Source: the human T2T-CHM13v2.0 reference genome, Homo sapiens. Taken from it: a stretch of 64,000 bases of DNA. Location: the NCBI RefSeq assembly GCF_009914755.1, contig NC_060930.1. One strand, 5' to 3'. The position numbers and the translations under genes are program-made. Below the pieces are notes generated by a model. It saw only the letters and a list, made by a program, of their open reading frames with translations, was not told the origin of the DNA and ran no database searches. This document shows positions 41,500 through 56,000 of the stretch, piece by piece; within the stretch, counting starts at the first letter, position 1, and the number at the start of each line of letters is the position of its first letter.

Positions 41500-43040
41500 T
41501 TCAGTCCAATCTAAGTTTATTGAGGCCTACAAAGCGCTGGCACTGTACTTGGCACTGGGGCTACTACAAGGGCTACAACCTAATCCCTACACTCAAAGAG
41601 CTCACAGTCCGCCAAGAGAAACAAACAAGTAAATGCACAAAGGCAGCACATAAGAAAGAGGGAGGACTTACCAATCCTTGAGGGTCGATGAAGGCTTCAT
41701 GGAGCCAGTGTTTCCTCCTCTTTCAAGCCTCAGCACAAGCATTTCCCTCTTCTGTATGGATTTCTCTAGGCAGATGTAGCTGTTCCTTTCTCTACAGTCC
41801 TAATGTACATGAAATAGACCTCCCTTATGAGCAATCAAGAAAATCTGGTGAATAGATAGCAAGGATTATACAGAATTATAGAGTTTGGAGAGGAGAAAAG
41901 CATACCAAAGGAATTGGGAGAGGACATTGGAAGGAAGGACTAGTGGATGAAGAAATAGCAGGAAATAAGGCCAGGTAGGTAGAACACTAGAATGTAACTC
42001 TTGAAGATTTTACTATGGGAAAAGTTTGGATTTCATTTGGTAGCCCGTGGGGACTTGTTGAGGCTTTTAAGAACTGGACCTGTGTTTTAGCGAGACCCAC
42101 TTGATGGGCTGTTTGGATGGGAAAGAAATGAATCTAGAGGCCATGAGACCAATTGGAAATCTAGTGCCACTATCTAGGCAGAAGCCAAGGATAGCCTGAA
42201 CTTAAGGAATAGCGGGAAGGATGGAGAGGAGAGAGTGGATCCAAGAGACGGCTAAAGGGCACAACCAGTGAGGTTTGAAGGATGATTGGATGTGGGGTGA
42301 GGGAAGAAGGAGTCCTCCTTCTCCTTTGGGACACTAGGTGAATGGTGGGATTACCAGTCAGCACAGGCAGTGTGGAAGAAATTGCAAAACTGAGTGGGAG
42401 GAAATGTAAGAAGTTCAATTTCAGAAGTAATGAATTTCAGTTTGTAATGGACATTCATTGAAGACAATGTCCATTGTGTAATAAGAGATAAGGTGCTTCT
42501 TCAGGAGCTTGGGGAACTGAGATATGAGATTAGAGATGGAGATGGAGAGGAAGATGGACATGGAGGTGGACAACGGTGTCTAGCTAGAGCAGAGAGAGTG
42601 AGAAGAGAATAGGAATGCAGCAGGAAAACACTCAAGCATCCCAACATTTAAGAGGTGGACAGAGAAATTGATTCAGTGAGGATTCTGAGAGAGAATGTTC
42701 AGAGAGGTAGAAGATGAACCAAGAGAAGGTACTGCTAGAGGAGATAAAGAAGGAGGGAGGGAGTGGTCAGTCATGTCAAATGTGACCTAGGAAGGTCAAG
42801 AAGGGAAGGGACTGAGAGGAGTCCACCGAATTTTGTATGGGGGGTAATCAACAACTTTACTGAGAGCAGGTGTCAGAAGCAAAGACATGTTTTCAGAGGA
42901 ATGAGAAAGAAGAGAGAACTGTGCCTTTCGTTGAGAAGTTTGAAGACAATAGAATGGAGAGTGATGAGGGGTCAAAACTTGGAGGGTTTTTCCTTCATGT
43001 AGAATGGGTAAGATCTAGAAATGTTTAGAGGCTGAAGAAA
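41500..43040 (-). mobile_element. L2 LINE, fragmented
   Basis: TTTATTGAGGCCTAC...GGCACTGTACTTGGCACTGGGG (reverse 3' end) and purine-rich L2 body GGATGTGGGGTGAGGGAAGAAGGAGTC. Confidence 0.75.
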
Positions 43041-43309
43041 GAAAGAGTAAACACAATGTCTCCAGGATGGAGAGAATGAGCACAGCAGAGGGGCTGGTCT
43101 ACCCAGGAGCCTGACACCTCAGCCACCCAGGAGAAATTTCTTCCTCAGCTTTTGGAGTAATGAATTATGGTGTTTTCATGCCAAACATTTTATTCCATTA
43201 TTCATCTAAAGTCTTCCCATTTCCCCACTTAAAAACATCTTTAACTTTGTTTTTAGATGTGATGCCAACTCTCTGTGAAATGATGTGGAATTGGGGGCAT
43301 GGTCATGGT

Positions 43310-43500
43310 GCAGTTAAATGAGTCTTTGGGGAGGACTTGGGTAGAGTCCCAGCTCTATCACCTATATATTACCTGGCCTCCCTGGGTCTCATTTCCTCCT
43401 GTTTACTCAACCTATCCAACAGGGTTACTAAAGGATCAGATGAGACAAGGTCTATGAAATCCCTTGGTAAACTAGTGCAAGACAGTGTTAGCAATTGCAT
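43310..43500 (+). mobile_element. MIR SINE
   Basis: AGTCCCAGCTCTATCAC...CCTGGGTCTCATTTCCTCCTGT...GGATCAGATGAGA. Confidence 0.6.
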
Positions 43501-44248
43501 TCCATTTTGTGGCACATGGTCTGTCTTCTCCTGTCTTACTGCCAGGGCTGGTTTAAGTAAGGTAATACATTTGCATAAAGCCCTTGAACAAGGCTTGGCA
43601 CAAATAAGTTCAAAATAAAACTGAAAGATCATCAAGCCCTCTCCCCTATTTCCACCATGCCTCAGAAGCCATCCAGATGCCATGCTGCCTTCTGTAGTGA
43701 TCCATGCGACACATCTTCTGCACTTTTGCCCTGCCCAGAATGAATACTCATTGGTCTCGTGTCACATTTCCTCAGACCCACCCTTCTTAGCAGTTATTAC
43801 CGTGAAACACAACGATTTAGCTAATTCTCACTACAGCAGAGATGACTGATAATAATATAAGTGATTACTCCTCCAAAGAATATTTACAGTTTAGAATGGC
43901 ACAAACCTTTAGCCAAGAGAGAAACCCGCTAATGGTAAAATATCAGGTAATATGTTAGGCACACTGCAAATTAAATGGAATTCAAGCGTGGTATATTTGA
44001 GATGACTAGCATTTTCCAGCATAGATGGAAAATCAAAGCTGAATGTTGCTTGGGAGTATTCTATGTTAGAATTCTCATTATTCGTAGTCACATTAACCAT
44101 TTGTTTATATCACAGCCCTTCCTGAAAAGGACTTGAGTCATCTTACAATAAAATACAAGTATACAAAGAGTTTAATAAAATCAAAATAGAAAATCAAGAC
44201 TATGGAAAGGGAAAAATATATAGAAAATATTTTAAATGTAGAAACATA

Positions 44249-45547
<1,299 letters not shown>

Positions 45548-45664
45548 TTCTTGACAGCATTATTCCCAAGCACGAATGTGTACATATATGTACATGAATG
45601 AAACAAATTTGACTTTGAGCTTCCTGACTTCCCAGGACAAAAGAAAAACAAGATTATTTGATTC

Positions 45665-47400
45665 TATAGTGGAAATTGCAGCTGCTCACCAAGGCCTACT
45701 TCTTTCTAAAAATGATGTTTCAAATTTTCCTTACAGCTAAGCCTAGTCATGCAGTTAACCTCTGGCCAACAGGATATGAGTAGAATTGATAGGTGCAACT
45801 CACAGGCCATACCTTTTAGTGTAATGGATGTGCTGAGATGCAGGTGTGATGGTAGGAGCTGGGGCAGGTATTTGGAACCCAGAGAGGCTGTGTGGTAAGG
45901 ATGGCAGAATCTGTCTACTGGCCCTGGACTGCTGACCTTTGGGCTATTCCTTTGCTGAAGCTACTGTAGTTTGGGATATTTTGTTTTATCAGCTTAGACT
46001 GTACTCTACCAATATAAAAGCTGGTGTCTAGAAGTGGAATCCTATAGGAAAAACAGAAACCCTAAAATAGACAACAGTGCCTTAATATCAGGCAACAGGC
46101 ATTGAGGACAAAGATACTGAAATTTGTAAAGATATTGATAGTTGTCATGTCATGGTAAACATTTGGTAAAACTACTACCAGTGATAGATGACTGGTAATT
46201 GCCAATTTTAGCAAAAACTTATGAGAGTGGTGAACTCGGGTGATAGAAGTTTGCAAGCAGACCTCTGCTCAGAAAGGCTCTCTCTTGCCTGAAGCCTGCA
46301 TGTAAATTTAATGAAAATCTGGTAATTCGTAGGTTTGAAAAAAAGTACTGCTTTTGTACCACTAAATACACTGAAAGATGAAACTGTAACCTCAAGTCTT
46401 CTTCAGACCTAATACTATGTGCTCTCTACTAGACAATAGGCCACTCCTAAGGTAAAGATTAAGTGTGTTGCCTTCTCACTCAAATCTATTGTTTCTGATG
46501 ACCTCTAGGGAGTCTCTGGCAATATGAAAGAAAGAGGTATGTTGAGCATGGAGACCAGGAAATGAAAGAACAGAATCTTGTGGCTGATGATTTATTGATA
46601 GATGAGAACTTCAGCAGTGGTTACTGGCATCTGGAACTGACGGAAAGCAACTGGATTTTAAGTCTATTAGGTTTTAAGGGAATTGTATTGCCAAAGAAAC
46701 CATAAGCCTGGCCTGCAAAACTTTGTAGCTATCTGAACCCTAAACTAATCCCCAGCCTTCTAAACCTTCACCAGCAGGCAATAGGTTATGCCCACTTCAT
46801 GTGTGGCCATGAAGAATAAAAGACAAGGAAAATCCTTCTAAAGGGCCAGGGAGAACAATAGATGCCCAAGGGAGTTGTTCCCAGAGTCGGGATCTAACCA
46901 AGGAGCCTGCACTGCCAGAGCATAGGGTCTGCAATTCCTGCCCAGTGGGGTTTGACAGCTTCTCTGCACCAGTGGCTGCTGTCTGTTCATCATTTTTCAC
47001 TTTTTTGAATAGTTTTTATTGTGGTTATCCACAATAAAATGATCATAAAGCTTTGTTTATTGTGGTATTTTGGGTGGAAAGTGGGGTTGAAGATAACTTG
47101 TCTCTTATTTTCTAGGTCACCAGATCATAGGAGTTAGATGTAGACTTAATGAAGAGGATTGTACATTGTGTGGATTTTGGACTTTAAGCCTGATGGAGAA
47201 TGTCCTACATGTGGGAAGAAGGGTGCATGTGGATACTTACATGGCCAGAGGGGAAGATTCCAGCAGAGACTCTAGCTATCCTCCAATATCTATTCTCCTT
47301 TTCTCCTTTAAATCAAGCATTTCTCATCCTCCTGTGTAGACAGGATGGCCATGAGGCTAACATCTGGCTAGTAGGAAGTAAATGGAAACAAGTCCCTTCC
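45665..47400 (+). mobile_element. Ancient MaLR (MLT1-type): 5' LTR (~45665-46015), internal region, partial 3' LTR (from ~47259)
   Basis: LTR-end-like CTACCAATATA followed by MaLR-int-like CTGGTGTCTAGAAGTGG; PPT-like GGCCAGAGGGGAAGA before a second LTR-like segment. Confidence 0.55.
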
Positions 47401-47967
47401 AGTTTCCTTTGCTCCTTGCCTTGGACCAATCACTTTGAATGCACAGAAGCCTTTTTATTTATCCTGGCTCTCAAACCAAAATGAAGATGTTCAAGTAGAA
47501 CCTTATACTCTGTGTCCTGTAGACAATATCCTTGACAACATTACAACAAATCCACAGCAGTTTGCTATCCTCTACTTTTCCCTTCTTCAAGTGCTAAAAT
47601 CAAAGGCACAACTTTGCAGAGCAGCAGTGAGCAGCTCTTTATAGGCCTCCCCACTACTGGAGTACTTCAGACAGAGTCTTCCAGGGGAAAACCAAAACTT
47701 GATTCAAGGATAGATCTTAAGACCTATGGAGTAGCAGAATACATAGAGTGTTTCTCACTCTAAGCAATCTAAAATCTCTCCAGTTAACTCCAGCAATGGC
47801 AAGGAGGGCTGAGAGGGTATGCGTTGAATGTCACTTTGGAGATCCGCAGAGCGGGTGGAGTGGTTGACGTTCTATCAGAAAGCCAGAGAAGGATGACCAA
47901 TGTTCTTTTGTGCATTGAATCCAACCCTTCCTCGCTTGAAGGGGACCAAAAAGCTTCCCCTGAACCA

Positions 47968-48077
47968 TGAGTCAGGGATTTCCTCACAATGGGCTCAAGC
48001 ACAAGTACCAAAGCTTCACTGGAGACTTGTATCCATGAAGAGGCATCGCACCACACTATGGGACCACAAGCACCACA
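47968..48077. promoter_or_regulatory. AP-1 / NF-kB-like / 3x RUNX composite motif
   Basis: TGAGTCA at 47968-47974 directly followed by GGGATTTCC at 47975-47983; ACCACA at 48050, 48063 and 48072. Confidence 0.4.
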
Positions 48078-48293
48078 AAAAGTGGGCCCCGCGCTTTTTC
48101 CATCTTCTCAAAATAAATCTCAGTGGCCAGGGAAAACACACAGAAAACAGAACAGTTCATTTTTGCAGCACTGGTGCTTGGCATGTGGCTTCCAAATATA
48201 CATGCAAAAGCCAATAATGTCTGTCATTGTCATGAGAAATCACTTTACATTTTATAGTAAAGCAACATAAAATGCATTTAAGTCTATCTTCTT

Positions 48294-48606
48294 CTTCTTC
48301 TTTTTTTTTTTTTTTTTTTTTTTTTTGAGACGGAGTCTTGCTCTGTCACCCAGGCTGGAATGCAGTGGCGCGATCTTGGCTCACTGCAACCTCCATCTCC
48401 CAGTTCAAGCAATTCTCCTGCCTCAGCCTCCCAAGTAGCTGGGACTATAGGCACGTGCCACCATGCCCAACTAATTTTTTGTATTTTTAGTAGAGACAAG
48501 TTTTCACCATGTTAGCCAGGATGGTCTCAATCTCCTGACCATGTGATCTGCCCACTTCGGCCTCCCAAAGTGCTGGAATTACAGATGTGAGCCACCACGC
48601 TCGGTC
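48294..48606 (-). mobile_element. Full-length AluS (Sc-like)
   Basis: (CTT)n/T tail, complete dimer; TSD TAA(G/A)TCTATCTTCTT at 48279-48293 and 48607-48621. Confidence 0.95.
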
Positions 48607-49229
48607 TAAATCTATCTTCTTAATTGGTCTATGGAATTATTAATTTGCAAGATAAATTAACATGAGTTAAGAAAAATCCTCTAGAGGATCTGGAGAGACT
48701 TCTTCTTATGGGCGCAGAGAAGCCTACAGTTCTACAACCACAGCAGGACACAGCTGATTCAGGCCTGGAATATTTTCAAGACAGATGTTACTAGGACATT
48801 GGCTTTACCCACAGAAATCTTCTGCAGTATGTCTATGGATTCTCAATTCCATGGCCAAACAATGACCCTCTGGGTGTCTGAACATGTTGGCTTGCGGTAT
48901 GGGGTTATTTGGTTTCCTGCAATTTAAATATACAGATTATCTGTCAGCGTCACTGACTTTGGTTTCAGCATAATATTGAGCTACGTTTTTTTGGTTCTAT
49001 ATTTGATATCCATATTGCTTAGCTTCTTTGGGCCACTGCTACCTCATGATCATAAAACCATTGCCAAGGAGGTTATTTGTTTCCTGTTTGTTGCATAGCA
49101 CGAGTGCATCTAAACAGGTCATGAGTTGAAGCTAACTGAAAAAAGTTGACTATGAAACTGCACATTGTGCGTAAACATTTGGAAGGTGGAAGTGTGGATA
49201 ATTTTCAGTTTTTTCATAGTACATATTTT

Positions 49230-49600
49230 TATTCTTGAAATAAACACACATTACTTACATATTCAGAAAAAAATACTTTAAAAAATATTCCCCTCTAATC
49301 TTCCAGGATTTTATAAAAGAGGAATTGGGCTGATAGTTATCTAAACCCACTGGCCTGGCCAGTATTAGTATCTTTAAAAGTATGCCAGCCAGACAGTACA
49401 TGTTTCTTGATACAAGGCAAAAGGACACACACAGCATCTAGCCATAAAGTATTCCTGCTCTCTTCCTGCCTAAAGGAAACCCTCAGACCTCAATATCTAA
49501 TTGCTACTTTGCAGATAAAGCAACTATAAAGACATTTTTGAGTAACTGGAGAAATCTGAATATCAAGTGGGAATTGGATCTATATTAAGAAATTAATATG
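49230..49600 (+). mobile_element. Ancient L1 (L1MC/ME-type) 3' fragment
   Basis: AAAGACATTTTTGAGTAACTGGAGAAATCTGAATAT...TATATTAAGAAATTA. Confidence 0.5.
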
Positions 49601-51092
49601 AAATGTTGACTGAGAAAGTAAAGTGCCAAGGAAAATAAATATCAACCTAATTAAACTGTCCTTTGAGAGGAAAGATAAAATAAAGATATTTTTAGTCAAA
49701 TAACTTTCCCTCTTCCCAAATGCATGGCATTAGGGTGAAAATTAAGAGTATAAGCAGATTAAATTTAGTTTTTTTTTTATATGTAATGAGTCTGTCATAT
49801 AATCTTGCAACTTCTGTTTTGCTGTAATTCTTGCAGAGGGATTAAAATCCAAGTTTCATAGCAGCTATCGCCAATAATCAATGTAAAGTAGAAAAGACAT
49901 GGTTCCCACAATGACGGCTAATGTCCAAAACAACCATAGGAAATAGCACAGATAAATACTATAATAAAATGATAAAACTGAAAACCAACTCCTGTTATCA
50001 TGGACACAGTTTCCTTAAGGTGGAAGAGAATGTAATTTAGTTAATATATCAATATGCCTGAATTCCAACTATTCCTCAATTACGATTTTGGACTGAGAGA
50101 TAAAACCTGCATTTGTTAGAAGAACACTAATTTGAAGCTTAGAATTCCTCAACCTGTTCCCTATGGAGGGGCAGAGACTACCGAGAAGCAGCTAGAAGGT
50201 CAGCCCCACAATGGTAAGGAATTTTGTGTTGTTTGATGATGTGCCCTAAGTATCCAGAGCAGAGCCTGGCATACAGTAGGTGCTCAATATATTTTGGTCA
50301 ATGTTTAAAATGTTTAAAATGTGCACCATAATGGAACACAGAAAAGAGAGACCATGAAAGTCATCCTGGGCCTTCCAGACCTCACTTAGCAAAAAGGAGA
50401 CTGGAGGAAGAATCACTGAGGGCTCCACACTAAGGCAGGCAGGTCTACTCTGGAGATAAGAAACATGGGAATAAGTTGGAGGGAAGTAATGTAAAGATGA
50501 GGGCTTTGGGTATTAGTTGACTTTCTGGGTAGAGACTTTAGGCCACCATAACAGATTCTTACTCTTCCTTCCGGAGATGAGGTCAAGGATTACAGGAAAA
50601 GGTCCTCAACTTACTCCATTTTATGGATTGATTGATTGATGATTGATTGATTTTAGGAGGTTGAGGTTCATGGTCAGTAAGTGGAGTGGTAAGATTCCTA
50701 TTTTGATGGAAATACAGGGATTCAGAGCAGCCCAAGGTGGATAATGAGTATTTTTTATTTTGTGCCAATAGCCCCAGTAGGAATACTTCTCTCTGTCCTA
50801 AAAACTATCTATGTCCTAGCCAGTATTGTACCCATGGTGATAAAGGAAAGGCATATTTACAGACATGTTTTGATTACCATCATATGTACATTCAACCTGC
50901 ATCTGCAGACCCTTAGACCACATGTGTATTCCATCCAAGCCCATTTATTTATACTGAGATTAGCATATTTCACAGGGAAATCCACAGATAGGTAGATCTC
51001 TTCTTAAACAGTACCATCCTACCCAATCAATTCAACTTGGGAAGCTTAGCACAAAAACTCCTAGGGACTTAGGAGATATTCTGACTCCGGCC

Positions 51093-51103
51093 ATGACTCA
51101 GCA
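51093..51103 (+). promoter_or_regulatory. Perfect NRF2/NF-E2/BACH (ARE/MARE) motif
   Basis: ATGACTCAGCA. Confidence 0.4.
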
Positions 51104-52270
51104 CCCCAACAGTCCCATTGTCAGCTTATCGCTGATACTTTAGCAATTTATGAAGGATTTCAAAGATGTTGGAAAACAGCTAGCATGGACTTGTTAATCA
51201 TAAAAACTCTCTTCTCCATTAATGAGAAAGCTTTTGTACAAACACCATGGTCATAACAATGGCTATTAAATTAAATACCATTAATTTTCATATGTATTTA
51301 GTAGTTCAGTTTGTACTAACTTAAAGGGGGGGAAATCCTTTATAGCCCGGTACATTCAAACTAATCATTCTACCTTGATTCTCCCTAGCGTGTGCCAAAG
51401 GAGATTTTGTTCTAATGGGTATAGAATGAAAAGATGAGGGGAGTGCTCCTCTGCAGTTCTTGGAATGTTTTTGTCATTAAGTTTCCGTCAATGTCTTGAT
51501 TGTACTTTCATGTTAATAGTCTGCTCTGAATTAGGAGGAAATTTTATTTCATAACACTTGTCACCAAAGACAAGCACATCTCATAGGCCATCCATAACAT
51601 GTATAAACATATGAAAAATCAAAGACAGGTGTGCAGTTAAACCTGAGATCCTAAGATGGAACAGGTTAAACTGGAAGGAAATTTTGTAGGGCTTTGATAT
51701 TCCTATTTCACAAAGTTTAAGTAAGGGCCTGTTTCCTCGATATTCCAGTAAAGAAAAAATTACATATAAATTTGCAAGTATAGTTAAGCAATTTTTAAAA
51801 AATCAGAATAACATTGGGCGAGGAGAAAACACATCTTATCAGTGAGGTGAAAACACATCCTATCAGATAGCATGACATTATAAGGCCATAGTAACTAAAT
51901 ACACATAAGTGTTTAAGGACAAAAAGATAAATGAATTGAATGGAGAGTTCAGAAGTATATGGAGAAAATGTAAAGTTTGAGAGAAAGTGAGAAAATGAAT
52001 GAGTCAGATATGTAAAATATGACCCCCAAAGAAGTAGATTATCAAAAATCTACAATCATTCATTGATTTAGCTGACCCCATTCATTCTTTTCTTCACATT
52101 CAGGTGTCATTCAAGGATGGGGATGAGCTTGTTGAAAATGTGTGTTTATTGATAATGATACTAGGAGCACTAATAATAGTAGCAGAGTTACTGACTGGAG
52201 CCAATGTAGATTCTTTTGATTAGTGACTTCCGCTTGGAGGCTTAGAGCTTCCAACTACTACCCAGTGGCA

Positions 52271-52402
52271 TTGAAAACCATATAATGTGTCACTCAAACT
52301 GTGATACTTTGGAGAACAAAAGAGGCATCATTAATAATTGTGCTTAGATAACACACATAAACCGGCACCATACTGGGAAAATCAGGATATATAGTCACTC
52401 TA
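52271..52402 (+). mobile_element. MER94-like hAT-Blackjack DNA transposon (MITE)
   Basis: ACCATATAAT...ATTAATAATT...TAAACCGGCAC...GGATATATAGTCACTCTA is colinear with the MER94 consensus as I recall it. Confidence 0.7.
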
Positions 52403-52859
52403 TCCACAGACGTATAATACCAGAGACTCCATATTAATTCTAAAGACCTCAGGAGCACTGTAATTTTCAAAGTTGCCCTCACAGATCCAGACCTGGCTTA
52501 GCGTGAATTGGTACATTCTGTCTTGGCCCAGGTAGTATAGACGTATTTGTCCCAGAATCACATCATTCTTTTCCTTCCCACCATGCTCCAACATCTTTAA
52601 GTTCTTTCAGTTTGGGGTTCTGACCTATGGAAAGGAACTGGAGTGCATTTCTCAGGTAGAAAGATGTGTTTTTGATCTCCTTGTAGCCTTCACAATGCCA
52701 ACACTTTCCAGAACAACCCATTCTACTGTGACTTGAGCTAACCTCGTGACAAGATAGCTATAAACTACATTTCCTACGTATGTTACTTGGTTCTATCATT
52801 TTGAGGCCAAGATGTTTCAAATCTGGGAAGACACCTGGAAGTATAATGAAAAAGTGAAG

Positions 52860-53060
52860 GGAGTGGGTGGGAAATTCACATTTTCTGAGTACCTAGGAAT
52901 GTACCTCATGGTACTAGAGGTACTAGACCTCATGGTAACTCTATAAGATCGGTATTATATACACATTTTTAAGATGGAAAAATTAAGCCTCAAAGATAAG
53001 TAATTTACCTAATGTCACAGAGCTAGTAAGAGCTAGTTAAAGGAATGCTTGTTACCCTAT
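52860..53060 (-). mobile_element. MIR SINE
   Basis: CATTTTTAAGATGGAAAAATTAAGCCTCAAAG...TTTACCTAATGTCACAGAGCTAGTAAG. Confidence 0.65.
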
Positions 53061-53592
53061 GCTTTTCCATTTCCATCTGAGCCTCTTGGTGATAGTGATG
53101 AAAACTTTAAGATACAGCCAATGGAGACAGATCCAATGGAGAGGAAGGTGGGCTCTCTCAGCAGTGGGAAGGCAGAAACACCATCACATGGTCATGTAAA
53201 AGAAACAAATGACTTAAAGAAAGATTCATAAAATTTAGCTTTATTTCCCAGAGGTCAATTGGACCTAAATGGGCGTTTTCTACACTGACAATATACTTTT
53301 CTCTACCGTGGCTATAGCATATGTTCTGAGTGCTCAGAAACCATCATTTTTCTGTTCACTCTTTAGGGTCTCTGTCACTCTTGGGGGTGAGTCCTGTGCT
53401 TAGAAAGCTGATGCTTCCCCAGCATCAGATGTGCTGTGTACATGTGACCACATTGGTCTCTTTGATTCTCAGTTTCCTGTACATCTGGATGAAGAATGGC
53501 CAGCTGGGGAGTTGTAGGCATACAGTTGTGCATCATGTCATAGCACACAGTAGCATGCTGGGTTATATATACTGAGCTTTTAGATTACAGTT

Positions 53593-53654
53593 TAAGAATC
53601 ACTTCACATTTGGTATCAGCTCATTTGGTAAGAATCACTTCACATTTGGTATCA
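53593..53654 (+). repeat. 26-bp perfect direct repeat with a 10-bp spacer
   Basis: TAAGAATCACTTCACATTTGGTATCA at 53593-53618 and 53629-53654. Confidence 0.97.
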
Positions 53655-55484
53655 CCTATGTTGTATTTGGGTACCCCTGAGTCAGGCAAGTAAGTTCCTG
53701 TCCTTTTTTTTCCTGGTAGTACATCATCTCGTCTTTCAGTCCATACCTTTTCTCTCTCTCCCTCTGTCTCTCTCTCAGGCTTGATCTCATAAAAAATCAT
53801 AAACTTCCAACATGCTTATGGTTAAAAAAAAATTCTAGAAAAGGATACACATGGTTCATCCAGATTTTTAGCACAACTCCTCCTCCAACAAACACTGAAA
53901 AATTAGAAAGCAATTTGAGAAAAATTGTTTTGAAAGGTATGTAGGTTTGACTTTTCGGTGTGGGCATACCCATATTTAAATTACAGGGTTATCCGTTGTG
54001 CTCAGAAATTACAATAAACAGGATACCTGACAAACAAGGATAGTGGAATCATAGAATTGCATCATTGTTCATTAGAAAAAACAAGTACCCTTATGATACT
54101 GTGACTGTACAGAATTACATTATCATCTATTCCACACACAAGCACAAATATGGAACAGAAGATCTAATGAGTCGAGATGTCATCTGAATTTCCATGTGTT
54201 ACATTTACAGCTTAGAGTTGTAGCTTTATTGAATGGCGCCAAAACATTCTTACTTCATAATAGCATTAGTGACATTTCACTTGGATAATCCTATTTGTTT
54301 TCATTTATTTTAATGAGGTAGTTTGGGATGGTAACCTGCAGCAGAAAGCTTGGCAACAGGTGACAGCATGACTTGAAATGCCTATTGAACTGAAAGGTAG
54401 TTAAAAGCTAAATGAAATGCTTAGATGCACAGTGGTTTCCCAGCACCATATATTTTACTCTAAAAACAGTAAGGCTAAAGTGCCAATTGTAAGAACCTAA
54501 GACTTTATTACCTTTTAAAACTTTCCTGCGTGGATGAGTGGATAATAAGGACTAATTTGCTGCATTTTTGTGGCCTGTTTCCACATGTTTGCATTTCCCA
54601 ATGACGCTTTCTTTATGGAAAAGAGTGCTGGGCACAACACATTTTTTTCCATGCAGCGATCATATGTCTATGATTCATTTAATCCTTCAATACAGATACA
54701 CAGTCAGTAGTGATGCAGACGGCTAACAGACATGCATATTTGCCAAGCCTTAAGTGTCCCAGCTTACAAAAGGAGTTTCTAATGTTGAGAACTTCAATTA
54801 TGTCACTTAAACCCATCAATCTTTTTCCCTTGCCTCATGCTACAAATCTTTCAGATCTATTATTTTCATAACATCTGATGCCTGGAGTGACAAGTGCCCT
54901 CTGACATTTTAGTTTTCCATGGAGACTTAGAATGAGAAAATGGCGCCTCATTAAGTCTTTCTTATCAATTAAAAAGGAAACACCTTTTCCTGTTCCATCT
55001 TATGCAACAGCTAACTCAGGTATTAAGTAAGCTGCCAACATCTTTCTAGAACCCAGAGTAAGAATTCATAATCGACCCTGGTCTTTTAGGCCCAGGGAAT
55101 AAATAGGAACAAGAAATTCCCATCCAAAGAACACCATGTTGACTTCAGCTATATCTTGTAAGATCTAGTCAATGTCCATCTGAAAGCTGTGAGATTAAGG
55201 AAAGGACTCCTATTTTATCAATCCAGGTCCAGACAAGAGACAAATTACACCAATGGAGATAATTTAATATAAACAATATAAAGAAGTACTTACTAGGTAC
55301 TGAATGATTGAATATGCAAAAAGAGAACAATAAGTTATCATGGAAATAGGACACATTTACCACTTGCAGGGCTGGGGAACAAAGGGATGAGATGGGAACC
55401 ATCAAAATAGATCCCAATGAATGCTACACTCAGATGTCTGAGGAGAGGGCACTGCTCTGAAGTTGCTGGTGCTTCAGACCTTGG

Positions 55485-55609
55485 GTAGGGGGGTAGACTC
55501 AGATCTCCCAGGGAGGTGGCAGCTGGCTGGTGCTGGTGTACCTAAGTAGGGAGTAGACTCAGATCCCCCAGGGGAAGTGGCAGCTGGTGGCCTGTGCTGA
55601 TGTACCTAA
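55485..55609 (+). repeat. Two-copy ~62-bp tandem repeat
   Basis: GTAGGG..GTAGACTCAGATC.CCCAGGG..GTGGCAGCTGG...TGTACCTAA at 55485-55545 and 55546-55609. Confidence 0.9.
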
Positions 55610-55713
55610 TGCCAGTGTGGGGCCACAGGGTTGGCCCAAACTTCCAAAAAGGTGATACTGCCAGCTAAGACAGTGCATCTGAGGGGTGTACCATGAGACT
55701 GGTTCTGCAACTA

Positions 55714-56000
<287 letters not shown>

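Noticed and set aside
53593-53654. CRISPR-like repeat-spacer
   Set aside because: Only two copies with a 10-bp spacer, in primate DNA with no cas genes.
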